Shown here in pieces: positions 1-13,600 of a stretch of 64,000 bases of DNA; position 1 is the stretch's first letter, and every line of letters starts with the position of its first letter. The DNA comes from Ascidiella aspersa. Taxonomy: Eukaryota. The notes under the pieces are model-generated. The model was not told where the DNA came from. It saw only the letters and a program-made list of their open reading frames with translations, and ran no database searches. Position numbers and translations under genes: made by a program. Location of the stretch: assembly GCA_963924565.1 (NCBI GenBank), contig OZ004611.1, forward strand, positions 21,452,001 through 21,516,000. Reading direction: 5' to 3'.

Positions 1-53
1 TGTTCAATCTCGCACCCCCAAGGGGTACGAGTACCCCCGGTTGGGAACCCCTG
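1..53. mobile_element. Right end of a hAT-type MITE (truncated by window edge)
   Basis: Ends in GGTTGGGAACCCCTG, the same TIR family as 24009-24227 and 42073-43295, and shares GGTACGAGTACC with 42091. Confidence 0.6.
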
Positions 54-492
54 TACTATACGATTGTAATACGTAATTGTAATCAGTTAAACGACGGTAA
101 ACATAGCAGAGCAATTTTAGCAAAGATTCGTGTTTCTCAAAGGCTTTCTAAAATATCTACGGTAAGCACTAATAAAATATTTATTTAATTGTTTTTGTAA
201 CGGCCATTTGAAAAACACATAACCTAAGATGGACATAAAATAAAACCAAAGACTATATTGAAAAAAAAAGTCTTTCAAACACTTTTCAATACGCAAACAG
301 CAGTCTAAGAATCAGTGATCAAGATGGTCAAAAAAGAAAACACGGCAATTAAAACATGTCCAATTAGAACCATCGTTGAATATATAAGCACTAAACAATA
401 AATTACTCTCATTGAGTTACGCTATGAAAAGACTCGGCAAGCATAGCATCGATAAGAATGTTAATTTCATGTTTTAGAATTAATTCACTTAC

Positions 493-3400
493 CGACAGCA
501 GTGGGCCAAGACAACGTCACCGAGTTGATTGTTACGTCATCGACAGTTACCGAGGTTGGTGCCCTAGGGACTGCAGACAAAACAAAATATCAAGTAAAAA
601 ATGAAAAAAAAAAAAATCAGAGAAGATAAGTGAGGTATTTTCTTTCCCGATATTTCAACATGTTTTGGTCCAATTTGGTGTGTTTTGTATTCAAATTTGC
701 CCACATAGAGTTGAACGGCTTCTTAAGCGAAATGAATACATGGGAGTCTTAAAGTTAAGTTTTCTTGCATATATACGTTTAGCCAAAACCTTCAGTACAA
801 GTTTATGCAACAGGTGGTAAAAAAATCCACATTTGTTAAAAGTTTGTTTTGATTTCAAATTTGCCCCACAGAACTTTGAATGGTTTCTTAAGCGAAATGA
901 ATACCTGTAGTCTAAAACTTAAGTTTTCTTGCATATATTTATTTAGCCAAAATCTCTGGTCAAATTTTATTCAACAAAGTAAAAAAATTAACATTTGCCA
1001 AAACGCACTGGTTTGAGCTTGATACATTGGTGAAGTGGTGCTGGTGAGACCTCCGTGACCAACTGCCTTCACGGTGAATCCGTACGTGACACCGGCCATG
1101 AGTTCGCTGGCAATTACGTAAGTCTCTGACGACACGAGTTCAGGGTAGACAACATTGTCTTTGAGTCCAATAGTTCGATATTCGATGATGTATTGAACTG
1201 CGCCTACATTTTAAAAATATTGGGAATATATTTTAGATACAAAAGAATAATATGGATAGTATTCAACTTAAGCTCACTGAACTTAATTGTGCCTTGAAAT
1301 AAAACTAAAGATTGCCATACACTCTAGTAAACGGACACTTAAAACTTTATTATCAGTACATGAGACGATAAAAATATTGAAAAAATGCTTTTCTCTAGCC
1401 GAATATCTTAAATTCTACCAAAAAATTTCAACATTCACATTTTAAACTCAATAATCACATCAATGTGTTTCCTAGAACCAATATTTAAAATTCAATGGGA
1501 GGCTATGTAAAAACAAATACTCGAGTTCCAAAGGAGTTCCGCTTTAACTTTGCCGTGAGCTCCAATGGCAACTATTTACGAATTTGTTAAATTCTTTATA
1601 TTATTTTGTAAAAATCATCCTTAGAAATACCTGCTGAGTCAATCCACTCCACAGTAAGAGATTCAGATTTGAAGGCGTGGAATTGGATTTGCCTTGGCAT
1701 ACTTGGAACTGAAATATAGAGAATACCTTAAGAAAGCTTTTAAATTATATTAATCAAAGCAGGGGAAGATCCAACTTGTGTTCAAGTTTAAAGGGCTAGT
1801 TGAAGGATTAAGTGTTGCATAATGAGCGAGTTATAGCTGTGTTTTGGCGAATGAGATCGTTTCGATAGTTTTGTCGCCAAAACGTGCGTATGTCTGTTTT
1901 AAGCCGCTACAAATATGAATCAAGTTAGGGAATTACCCTTGTTCCATAACTCAAAACAATTAACTAACAACCCATTGGTTTCAAAGAATTCAACAAGTCA
2001 TCGCGAAATACTTGATTAAAAAAGTTTAGACAAGAGTTTCACTGAAAACGAGTTTGGTGAATTTCGCGTTCATTCCCCCCCCCCAAAAAAAAAAAAATTT
2101 AAAGGGATTTTTTGCAAATTTTTTTTTAAGTTTATTAATGCCAATTTTCGCTCGGAATCAAAAAGTTTAACAATTTCAGTTGTTTAACATTAATTCAAAA
2201 TTTTCTTGCGGATAAAATATGCTGACTAAATCGAATTGTTTTATTTATAAGGTTTGTGTTTAGTAAAAGGGGCTTTAATCGATTGCGACTCAAGTTGACA
2301 AATTATAAACACACAGTTTGAATAAGTCCTTTTTGCTGTCCGAAAGCCATCGCAGACCACACGAATCTGCCGATCAATGATTTGCTAACCTGTCTTGCTT
2401 GCATCATTGATCGACAGATCAGTTGGTTTGCAATGGCGTCCGACCTACCATGATACGCAAACGGTAATAGTAGGTCACAACGCAGCTTAATCCAGAAGGG
2501 CTAGATCACAGTTGTTGATCCTACATGTGCGTGTATCTTTTGTTTATTTTTACTGATTTCAAATTGGTTCGAGTTTCCAGCTTTCGAGACGCGTACCTGT
2601 TTGTTGACGAACAGTCGCGAATTCAGTGTGGTTTACGCGTTCTTTGTCTCCGATCGAATAGACAAGGAAATTGTAAAACAGTCCGGCCTCCAATCCGCTC
2701 ACCAGAGCTCCGGTCGACGGGGTTTCCAGACTTTGCACTACAACACCCGAATCGCCGAGGGTTGCGTTGATCAAGTAAGACCTTGCGCCTGGTTAAGTAT
2801 GTAGATAGGCTTTAGTTTTGTTATTTGGTACGCGTTATTAGCGTTGCGTTGATGACGTAAGACCTTGCGCCTGGATAAATATGTAGTAATAGGCTCTATA
2901 GCTTTTTTGATACGCGTTAAACGCTCGCAAAAGTGTCAGACATTAGTTGTTTATGGAGGATTTTAAATGCCCAAATTAGATCGCTATTAAGGACAAATAT
3001 TTTGAAGATTTTCAATCAGACGGATTTAATTAAAAACATTATATAAAAAATTCTAATAAAAACACTTTTTCAGTAATGACGGATTTAAGGCCTCCGAAAA
3101 AACAAAGATTTACACTGACGAGATTTTCTTTTAGTGTGGGCTCTAAAAAAATAACTAAATCTAAAACTGGTATATAAGATCTTGCTGTCGACGATATCGT
3201 ATCTTTATTTGACCTAGCGAAATTATTACAAACAAAAAACAACGGTTCAGAATGTTGTATCCATTATATTTTTTGAATGTAATATTAAATATCTCTCTAA
3301 TGTAATATTAAATCCACTTTAGTGTACTATAGCTATTTTTCTTCTAGGTGTCGTTGCCAGATTGTCCTGAGTATTTCGCTCAAAACAACTACTTTTTTTC

Positions 3401-6400
3401 GACCAACCGACGCGACCACCTGTTTTTTAATACGTTATTTTATCCCTACCTACTGCACTTATCCAAGAAATCTCCACAGAAGTAGTGGCAACGTTGTCGA
3501 CCTTAAGTTGGGAAGGTGCGATTGGAACTAAAAAACACAAGAATGTTTCGTTTTGCGAAAGTGAGCACATGGTTTAAGATTATTACATTTTCTGAAAAAC
3601 AAAAAAATATATATATTTGGAAACTTTGTTTTGTTGGAACTTTTGTGTTATTGTCAGTGATTGAAATTATTGGATTACAATAGTTAAAATTATTCTGTTA
3701 AAAAAAAAAAAATGTCCCACACGTTTTGTTATATTTTTCCTATTACAGTTTAATAAATCGTTGGCTTTACATCAGTACAAGCAACAAAATGAGATTAAAA
3801 CTCTTTAATAAACGCTAATTTTATAAGGTTTAACAACAAAATCGCTTTTAGCTAAACTGGTCCAATAATAATAAATATAAAGTGGGAGTATTTCACTTGT
3901 TTGTTCCATCACGATGTGAGTTGTCGCGCTCGTGAGTCCATCACGGCCGATCGCTTTCACGAAAACTCCGTAAACCGTCCCGGGTTTCAACTCTCCCACG
4001 TGGAATGACGTCATCATTATGTCGAAATTATCTGTCGACCTTATGACGTCATCCGTGCCTTCCAGTTCTTGCAAAGTTACGACGTACAATTCCGCGCCTT
4101 GGAAATGTACACTTTGTTTTTAAATTGTTCTGCGGTATAGGTCTTTAATTTTCTGATCATTTTAGGTAGGAACATATTGATCCACGCCTGCCACTTGTAG
4201 CATATAAAAACTTGTTTTTACTATTTATACCGGGCCTAGTATTGGACAAGGAAATCTTTGCCTGTGAAAGAATACAAGTAACCCGTGTAGAAAATATTGA
4301 ATAACAATCCAAGAAAAGTCGTTCCTGTTTACAATGTTGTTAAACCATAAGTTTATCTAAAGCAACGGGAAAAGCCAAACGCAAGTATAACTTTTTAGGT
4401 CCGTATAAGAGAACGGCGTCATTGTGTTACAATAGACACTATACTAACCGGTAACAGAGTTCCAAGAAATAGAAATGGTCGTGGACGTGATGTCATCGAT
4501 TTTAAAGTTTTCTGGCGATGCAGGCACTAAAACGCAATAGTAAGTATAACTATTATTAAAGGCCATTCGTAACGTTTTATTTTAGTGTTTAAGAAACAAC
4601 GTATAACAGCCTATAGAAGATTAAAATAATTATTTTGAATCAATTTGAACGAAACATGTTGAAAAAAATCTAATTAATAAAAAACATTCGGTTAAGGATA
4701 ACAGATTATGTAAAGGCTGTCATACGTATGGTCATACGGATTTGATGGATTTGTAATTTAATTGAACAATCTTTTCTGCGAATGTTTTATTTGTTTCGAG
4801 TAGATTTCATTAGTTACCAGTTTGTTGCGTCACAGTGGCCGAATTCGCGGCGTCGACGCGATTTTTGTCGCCAACAGAGTATACGTGAAACGTGTAGAAA
4901 AGCCCCGCGTCCAGGCGTAAAACGGTCGTAGTTTCGTCGTCGACGTTTATGGTTTGAACGACGCCGTTCACATTGTCGATTGTGACGTTGACAATATAAG
5001 ACCTGGCACCTGTAAAACCGCAAGCGTTAATGGCCTGGATAGAGGAAAGAGCATCATTTTTCTGGTTTGATGATAATATAAAATGAAAGATTTTATCTAA
5101 ATTTAAACTGCGCCTGGTTTAAAATATTTCAAACAAACATGTTCAAAAAATACGTTCAAACAGAGCAAAATGATTCAAAAAGGGTACTATGTTATTAGTT
5201 TTGGAAATGCGAATCCCGGTTTTTAAAAGGGCAAATGGCTGTAAACATTTCATTTAAATGTTCATCAAAAAATATTTACGTGTAGTTTTGCCGGAATAAG
5301 TTCGAGTTTTACCATCGAGTATAACATGACTAATGACTATGCCAGGGTTTACCGGTTGCTGGAGTCCATTTAATGTCAACGCTGTCCGTAGTCACGTCCG
5401 TCACTTCCACAAGAGTCGGGGGCAATGGTACTTAAAACAAATTAGTGAAAATCGTTTTGTGCACAGAATGGCATAAAATGTATGACAAATTTAAAAAAAG
5501 GTTATATATTTCAAACATAAAGATTAAATCAAGTACATAACTTGGTAAACCAAAACTCAGTTTGCTAGATGTTATGAGATAGATATATTTCGTTCCTAAA
5601 AGCTTCATCGGCATTTAAATTCGAATGAATCCTGATGATGCTTTTAGGAGCGAAATATATTTATCATATAACATAAGTTATTTAGTTAGTTTAATCTTTA
5701 TCATTGATGTGCCACCAGAATCGTTTGTTTTCACGATTCGGATTCAGGCAGAGGTATTCAAAAGAAAATCCTGTTTATATTTCAAACATGTGAGAAACTA
5801 TACGGTAAATTATTAGAACACACATGTGTAAACTATTAAGGTAAAATATAGCAGGGGAATTACACTTTTTAACCTATAGTACTGTTTTTTTACAGTTAGC
5901 ATAAATCAACTGAACGCATTTATAAATACTAGACTATAGTTATATTTGTTCAAACGTTTTACCAGTTTGCTCTACTATAGTGTCAGAAGGTCCGCTTGTC
6001 AGATTTCCGCCACCGTTTGCTTTAACGGTGAATCTGTACTCGATCCCCGGCGCCAGCCCGTCAGCAACAAATGACGTCATTGAAGTGACGACTGATTTTG
6101 TGACGTCACCCGCCCGTGACGTTTCCACCAGGTAGCTACTTGCCCCTGAAGATTGCAAGTAAACGCTTTCTATTAAATAGTGTGACCAACAATTGGGTGA
6201 ATATTTGGAATAAATTATATTGTCATTTTTTTTGGAAATAAATTATATTGTTTAGTATGGACAAAAACTTTGATTGCTAACTATTTTTATTCTCCGACGT
6301 CTAAACTTTCTAATTGCAAACTATTTATATTTTCTTACGGTTTAACTTTATTATTGCGAACTATTCTTATTTTCTTATTGAAAGGTAAAACATACAAGCC

Positions 6401-7679
6401 AGCATAACCTAAAAAGCATTGGAAAATTTAATGTTGATAAACAGTTAATGATTAACAAAAACGTTTTGACATTAACGGGCAAGTTTAGTTAATATGGCGT
6501 CAATAACAGTCCAACTAAACCCGTTGCTTTAATACTTTGAACTTGGACTACCAGTAATAACATGTGATTCATGCTGATTAAATAAACGAATTTTATAACG
6601 CATAGGTCGCTCTAGCAAAACTTTCAAATGCCTTTAGAATGTATAGGGTACTATTTTTCGAAATAATCTTTGACTTCAAGAAGTTTAGGTAATCCTAATA
6701 TAATGTAATGACTTTGTTAACAATAGGGAAACAAATCCGATAAATGTAAATCATTTTGGTAATATGTTTTCTTTAGTTTAGTTTAGTTACCATATACTTG
6801 ATTCCATGATAACGCTACGAGACTCGAAGTTACTTCGGTAGTAGCAAAATTCTCTGGTGGCCTAGGCACTGAAACAAAAAAATTAGTTACGAACAAGTTT
6901 GGGTAAAAATATAGATAAAGTGTGATCGTTAATTGGTGCATGTAACTTTATTTAACAAAAATGTTAAATCAAAATACAAGATGATATCTACATCGATAAA
7001 TATAACCAATTTGCAACCTTTTTTGGTTTTAATTGACGCCCTCAAAATGGTACCACTGATTTCAACAAATGTTGTACAACCATTTTACTTTGAAAGTAAA
7101 TTAGTTTTTACCTGCTTTATTTTATTTGAATTAGTTTTACCTGTTTGCTGTGCAACGAAAGCGTTGTCTTTTGCGTTCAGACGATTAAAGGCCCCGACAG
7201 AAAACAGGGTGAAATTGTAAACTTGGCCCGGTGTCAAATTGCCTATCGTTACGTCACTGGATGACGTATTCACTCGGTCGAACACCGTATCGGAATTCTC
7301 AAGTCTTACAACCATGACGTATCCAATGGCACCTGAGGAAAAAAACGAAACTAGATGGGTGAAAATTTGCTCAACAAAAATAATTTGCGATTATTTAGAC
7401 AAGGAAACTTTGCAGGAAAGATAAACTTTTTGTTAAGATCTACTCCTTATTCAAAATAGGCTGAAAATAATAAAGAAATCTCTTTATATCACAGTTTTTT
7501 CTTATTGCATTTTTTTTTAAGTTTTAGAGCTGTGAACAAATCCAAATCCATCTATAACTGCATTGGCAATGGATTCTGTCAACAACAGAATGTCAACAAA
7601 CCTCTGACGTCATCCCACTTCAGTTCAATAGATGACGTAGAAACAGAGACGACCCTTGGTGCTCCAGGAAACGAAGGAA
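493..7679 (-). CDS. FN3 exon block (3'-most in window): 6 domains plus a half-domain, 2-domain alternation
   Basis: Exons 493-570, 1009-1203, 1631-1708, 2597-2788, 3450-3527, 3897-4097, 4449-4526, 4818-5009, 5353-5430, 5963-6145, 6791-6868, 7141-7332, 7602-7679. Confidence 0.88.
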
Positions 7680-10600
7680 CTATGCGATACATTTGGAAAT
7701 CAATTAATGGATGCACTTTAAATGTACCTTCCAATTTAACGTGTTAGTTCAACAGCAAAAAAGTTGTGTTATTAGTTCGAACTCCGTTTTAAGTGTACCT
7801 TTTTAGTTATCTATTTACAGTAAGTTTGAAACCACTATTATCGGTTTGCATTTCAACCTTTATCACAACTGTTATATACTATAATTCACATCCTAAAATT
7901 CGCTTACAAAGTGAAACTCAGTCGTACAGTGATGAACATGCACGCCATGCCAATACAAAATCTACTATAATTAAAATAAATCACTTACCGAACAACCTAC
8001 AAATGAAAACATGCCAAGCATGTAGCATGCAGCTTGATAAAAAAAGCATTAAACCTGTAGGGATATACTTAACAATAAAAAAATGGGTTTATTTAATATA
8101 TAAAGAATTTTTTTTTAAATTGCATAAATAAACACAGTGACTATTCAAATTAGCCAACTGTGTAGATTACCGGTGATTTCTTGTATTTGTTTACTGCTTT
8201 CGCTAACTCTCATTTCCTCGCCAATGCTCCTAACGGCAAACCAATAAGCTGTACCACTCGCGAGTGACGTCACGTCTAGCGACGTCACGTTTGTGGACAC
8301 CGTGTCGGTGACGTCATCGCCGAGTGACGCGTAGTCAATCTCGTACGACGAGGCACCTGGAACATGTAAGGACTGAATCAACTTGAAAAAGCAAAGGCAA
8401 AAGAAATAGGAACAACATTCATTCGTACAAAAACAGAGAAGTACATCGTACAATCACTATAATGTTTTATAAGTTTATGATTAGTCTTGTAAGTATTTAT
8501 AAGTGTAAGTATATTGAATCCGAAAATAGGAGATGAGCTTGCAATTTAACTCGGAACATTTAGCTATCCTGCATCAAACCACGACCTATAGGGTTATCGA
8601 TATCACAGATCGAACGACATCCCCTCCATATACTCGATAGCAGCTGATGTTTTTTTATTACTCGGACGGTAGCGATTTTGCCAAAAAAATCCCGTTCCAA
8701 CAAATTTTCTACTCCACATGACAATAAAACAATTGGCTAAATAAACTATGATTAACAGTTTCTATTTACCCGAGCAGTGTTTTTTAACCGAAACGGGTTA
8801 TTTAAATATAGCCTACTTCTGAAACTACGACAGATCTTTACTGTTAGTGTACTTTTAGGAAATGTTTGCGGTTACTCAAAAACCTATACATTATTGTTCG
8901 AAAAAATTGCTATTTCGGATCAACTTATAGTTGCCTATTGTTCTAGGTGCGACCTCATATAAACAGCAATACTCAAACAAAAATTAAACCACGCTCAAAC
9001 CTGTAACAGGATTCCATCGCAATGACAGGCTGGTAGTGGAAACATTGTAAGCAACAACTCCTGATGGTGGCAAGGTAACTAAATATACAAAAACAATTAA
9101 AAAATGACGTACAAGTATAGTACCGGCAAAGAAGGTTAAACCAGGGGTCTAACACTGGGTTATGTAGACCCCCTTGAGAGTTTGGTGTACGATTAAAATG
9201 TTTAAAGGATTTTTTTAAAGAAAAGAGTAAATAAACTCTTTGGCGCCTTCTTATATTAAGACTTCATTTCAGTTTAACTTTTATTGAAACAAAAACAGCC
9301 AGTTTCTTAAGTCTACTTATTTCATGGCGTCAATTTATGTCGTCATTTCCACAAAATCCCGTGCTGACTCTGATCCACGCCGAACAAAAAATATTTAAGG
9401 TGGACTGCTAAAAAAAAGTTTGAAAACCCCTGGGTTACACAATCATTTTACACAAAGGTTTAATTTTGAGTAATGAACCAGGATATATCCAAAAATTATT
9501 TAAACAAACTATACAATCTTGATTTATTTCTAAGTTAATTAATTAATTGTTTTCATGCAATTTAAAAAAGATTAGCGTACTTTGTGTCTGTAAAAATGTT
9601 ATTTTTATCCAAAAAAAAAAGATTTTAAAATATATATAAAAAGGTTCTTTGCCAGATATATTATATCGATTCTTTCTATCGAACACCTCGTGAGAATTAA
9701 ATTAGAAATAAAAATTTCACCTGTTTGCAATGTCAGTAAATCTGAGCCCTTCTCGTTTCGCCGTCCCTTGATTCCGATTGAGAAAACGACGAATTCATAC
9801 CACGTGCCCGGCTCTAAGCCAATCACAGTCGTCCGCGTGTCATTGCCTTCTAGGGTCGACCAATTAAAATCGCTTCCACGGACGCGGTAAAGCAACTGAT
9901 AGCTCTGCGCACCTAAATGAAATAAATATTATTTTATTTGGAATGTCTTGACGATAATTCATGCGACCCGTCATAAAGCAGTTATACGAAAAGTTGTGCA
10001 TTTTGTCAAAAAAAAATTACCTGTAACCGGTTGCCATTCCAAGGTGCTTGAATTAGTTGTGACGTCAGCTATTTGCAATCCAGACGTAGTTGCGGGACCT
10101 TCGCGAAATAAATAACATTACACTAAATTGAAAACTGCATTGGACTATACGACATTCAGACGTAAAAATGCTGTTGAGTCAATATTCACTTGTTGTATAG
10201 TTATTAGTAATATTATACTTAAAACTTATGAATATCACGAATGGACTCACGAGTTGTTTCACGAGCTACGTGACTCGCCCTGCTAAGACCTCCGCCGGTA
10301 CCGACTGTTTGCAGGGTGAAAATGTAGCTGGTGCCAGATTGAAGCCCGTCGACTGTTAGTGACGTCATGTTCGTGCGCTGTACAGTTTGGACATGGTCCT
10401 GGCCCAGCGGATACAATGAGACAACGTAAGAAGCAGCTCCTGTAAAACAATAAAGTAAAAATGAATAGGATGTTTTGGGGTAAAAGTGTCACTGTGAGCT
10501 ATTGGGATGACCATATGAGATATATTGTCCTTGTTAATTTGCACATATTATTTAACGAACTTACGCAAGAACGACAGCGTACCCTTAAAAAAAGTAAAAA

Positions 10601-13600
10601 AAAACTATACTGGAAAAGGAGTCGCACTGATCAACGAAGACTATCTTATATTAGGAGTATACAACCACACAAACGTTGAACAATGCGCATGTTTAGTGGT
10701 TAAACCAATTTCAATAAACCTATATATGTAGCCTACATTTGGAAAAACATTTTACAATTTTAAAACTTTCTCTTTTCTTACCGGAAACACTACTCCATGC
10801 AAGAGATAACGATTCTTCCGTAACTGCTGTAAAGTTGATTGATACTGGGGGAAGAGGAACTGCAGAGAAATCCAAAAATGTTTACAAGTTGACCAGTTGT
10901 TCGCTTTTACGTTTTGTAACATAAATCACATTATTAAACAATCGTTTTACAATAGTTTTTAATTAGCTTTCAAAAGTATAATGCTTTATCAGCAACCATT
11001 AATCTGATTATGTCGTGCCCGTGCAATAGGTAGAGGCTATAGTTTGAATATGATTGTTTATGAAAAACGTATTATTCAAAGTGGTTTAGTTGTTCATTAA
11101 TATAGCTTTTAAAGAATTTAAAAACTTAAAGCAAACTGGGTCTGACGCACATTTCTCACAGGTTAAAAATGTTTCACAATTTAGTAACTATATTCAATAG
11201 TTAAATGATGAACCAGTCTATACCTGTCTGAAAGTTAACCTCTACAGATAGATTGCGGTTTATGGCTCCCAGTGATCCAATAGAAACGACGGTAATAGTG
11301 TACCAAGAACCTGGCTTTAATCCAATTGCTGTTGCCGTTGGCTTGTCTGCTTCTAGGCTAAGGGAGTCATTGTTGTGCAGTTCAAGCAAAAACATGAAGT
11401 AGCTGCTTGCACCTGTTTAAAAGTTTGATCTATTTTAAGTGTAACAGCCAACCGATTAAACCTAGGTGGCCGGGTGGGGTTAGGTTTTTCTTTGTTTATT
11501 TAGTGTATTTTTGGCGTTTTATTATTGCCTAAACTATTATATACAGTGACGGTTTTTAGGGTAACACAGGGAAATAAAAACAATTAATCATGATACATTG
11601 GATGGGCACTAACATTTCTATATACGATATGTTATACAGTACAAGACGAAAAACGGCGTTTTGCACTCGACTTTGGTTTCGCATTAGATTAAGACGCGTG
11701 ACCCAATTACTTAAAAAACACGCCGCTTCGAACAGTACAAAAACGATAATATCACTTACAAAAGGGGGGTAAGAACTTTTACCGCAACATGACATTTTCT
11801 TTTATTATTAATTTTACCGCCTTCACATTCGTTATTTACACTTATCGTTACTCCTGCATTGAAATAAATGTGGTTAGCTTACCTCGAGCTGGAATCCAAG
11901 AGGCTGTCATGGCGGTTTCGCTGACAGAGACCACGTTAATTACGTTGACAGGCTCAGGCACTGCAAAACAAGGGAGTTTAGCGCCTGATTAAGAAGCATA
12001 CATTTGGCCCTAAGTAATACTCCTAAAAGTTATTTGGTTAATCAATATGTGCGCGCTTATGATTTAACTTTATCTTATTTTACGATATTATACGTTTTAC
12101 CCAAGCCCCAGGGAAACATGTACCTATTTATATTTGCATTAGAACTATTCAGGCGAAGGTTATGTCCGATGAAATAGTCAATCCGCTGTTATTACGTGCA
12201 CAACATAAAAACGAAATTTAGTAAAGCTTTTGAGAAATATCGTCGTCAATGCAGAAAGATGAGTGAAAAATATGTAAGAGTCTACTTGATTTAAACTCGC
12301 AAATTTAAGGATAAAATTTGAGAGTTTTATAAAAAAAGTCGGGCCCCAACTTTTAAGTATTTCGGCTCGAAAAAAAAAAAACACAGTAAAAAAACGCTAA
12401 AATAAGTTGTTTTGAGTGCTTTGTGAAACTCACGTGTAGCGACGATTCTTGCTTCTCCTTTTTCGCTCAGCATGTTTCGCTCTCGTCCCACCGATTGTAC
12501 GCTGATCCCGTAGGCGGTGCCGGGTTGCAATGACATCACTGCTAGTGACGTCGACGGCGTGCTGATATTGCGAAGGGACTGGGTGCCGTTGGTGAATTGC
12601 GCGATGTGAAGAATGTACGAGGCGCCTGTGTGAAAAAAGAGAAAAAATACAACGTAATTCTTATACTTAATTGGTCAAGACATTTTCAAAATCGTTTCGG
12701 ATCAAATATTTTTTTATAAATTTTCGATAATTTAGCAAGGGAGCCGATACCCGATGCCAAGTGGTAGTATCGGCATCCGATACCAACCGATTCGATACTA
12801 AGTTAATGAAGTAATTTCGGCCATAATTTGCGATCCAACGCACAATTTTCTTGCAACGTATATTTTTAAAAGTATGTTAGGTTAACAACTTAAGGTAAGT
12901 AAACTTTTTAACACCAAATTTTTGCGTGATAACCTGGAAAAATTACATTTGAACATTTAAAGTCCATCTATTTCGCTTGTTTGAGTGTATTAGTGACGTC
13001 ATTTGGTATCGAATCGCGATACTTTATGTCTAAAATATCGGTCATCGGTATCGGAATAAAACGTCAAGTGTCGGACATCCCTAAAACATAATTATTAAAA
13101 AACAAGAATGTGATCTCGCCTTCGTAACATATGTACACATAATTACCTGTTGTTTCTTGCCAGGTCGCTTGGACCGATGTTGTCGTTATGTTGTTTAATT
13201 GAAGTTCGGAGGGAACCGCAGGCACTGTAGAAGGAATGCAAAGTTCGCGTTGGACTGGGGCCACTTAAAATGGTAATGACATTAAAATACACTTTTTATC
13301 GAATAAATTTGATATCGATTTTACTCTTTTCCCGACAAAGTAACAAATAGGACAGGCACGGATACTTAATACCGATACTAAACAAATACTTTATGGAATC
13401 GTTTACTTTAGCAATAAATATCCAAGACCTCTAAAAATAAACTTTAGAGGAAACACCTACGTTTAAAGGTAGTATACCATGTAAAAATATTTTTAAATGT
13501 TTGGTCTGGCATTCCTAGTAGAACCATTGTATCAATATCGGGTAAAACTACGCCATTTGTTTAGTAAAGACCTGTTTGTTGAAGAATAACAGGACTGGAA

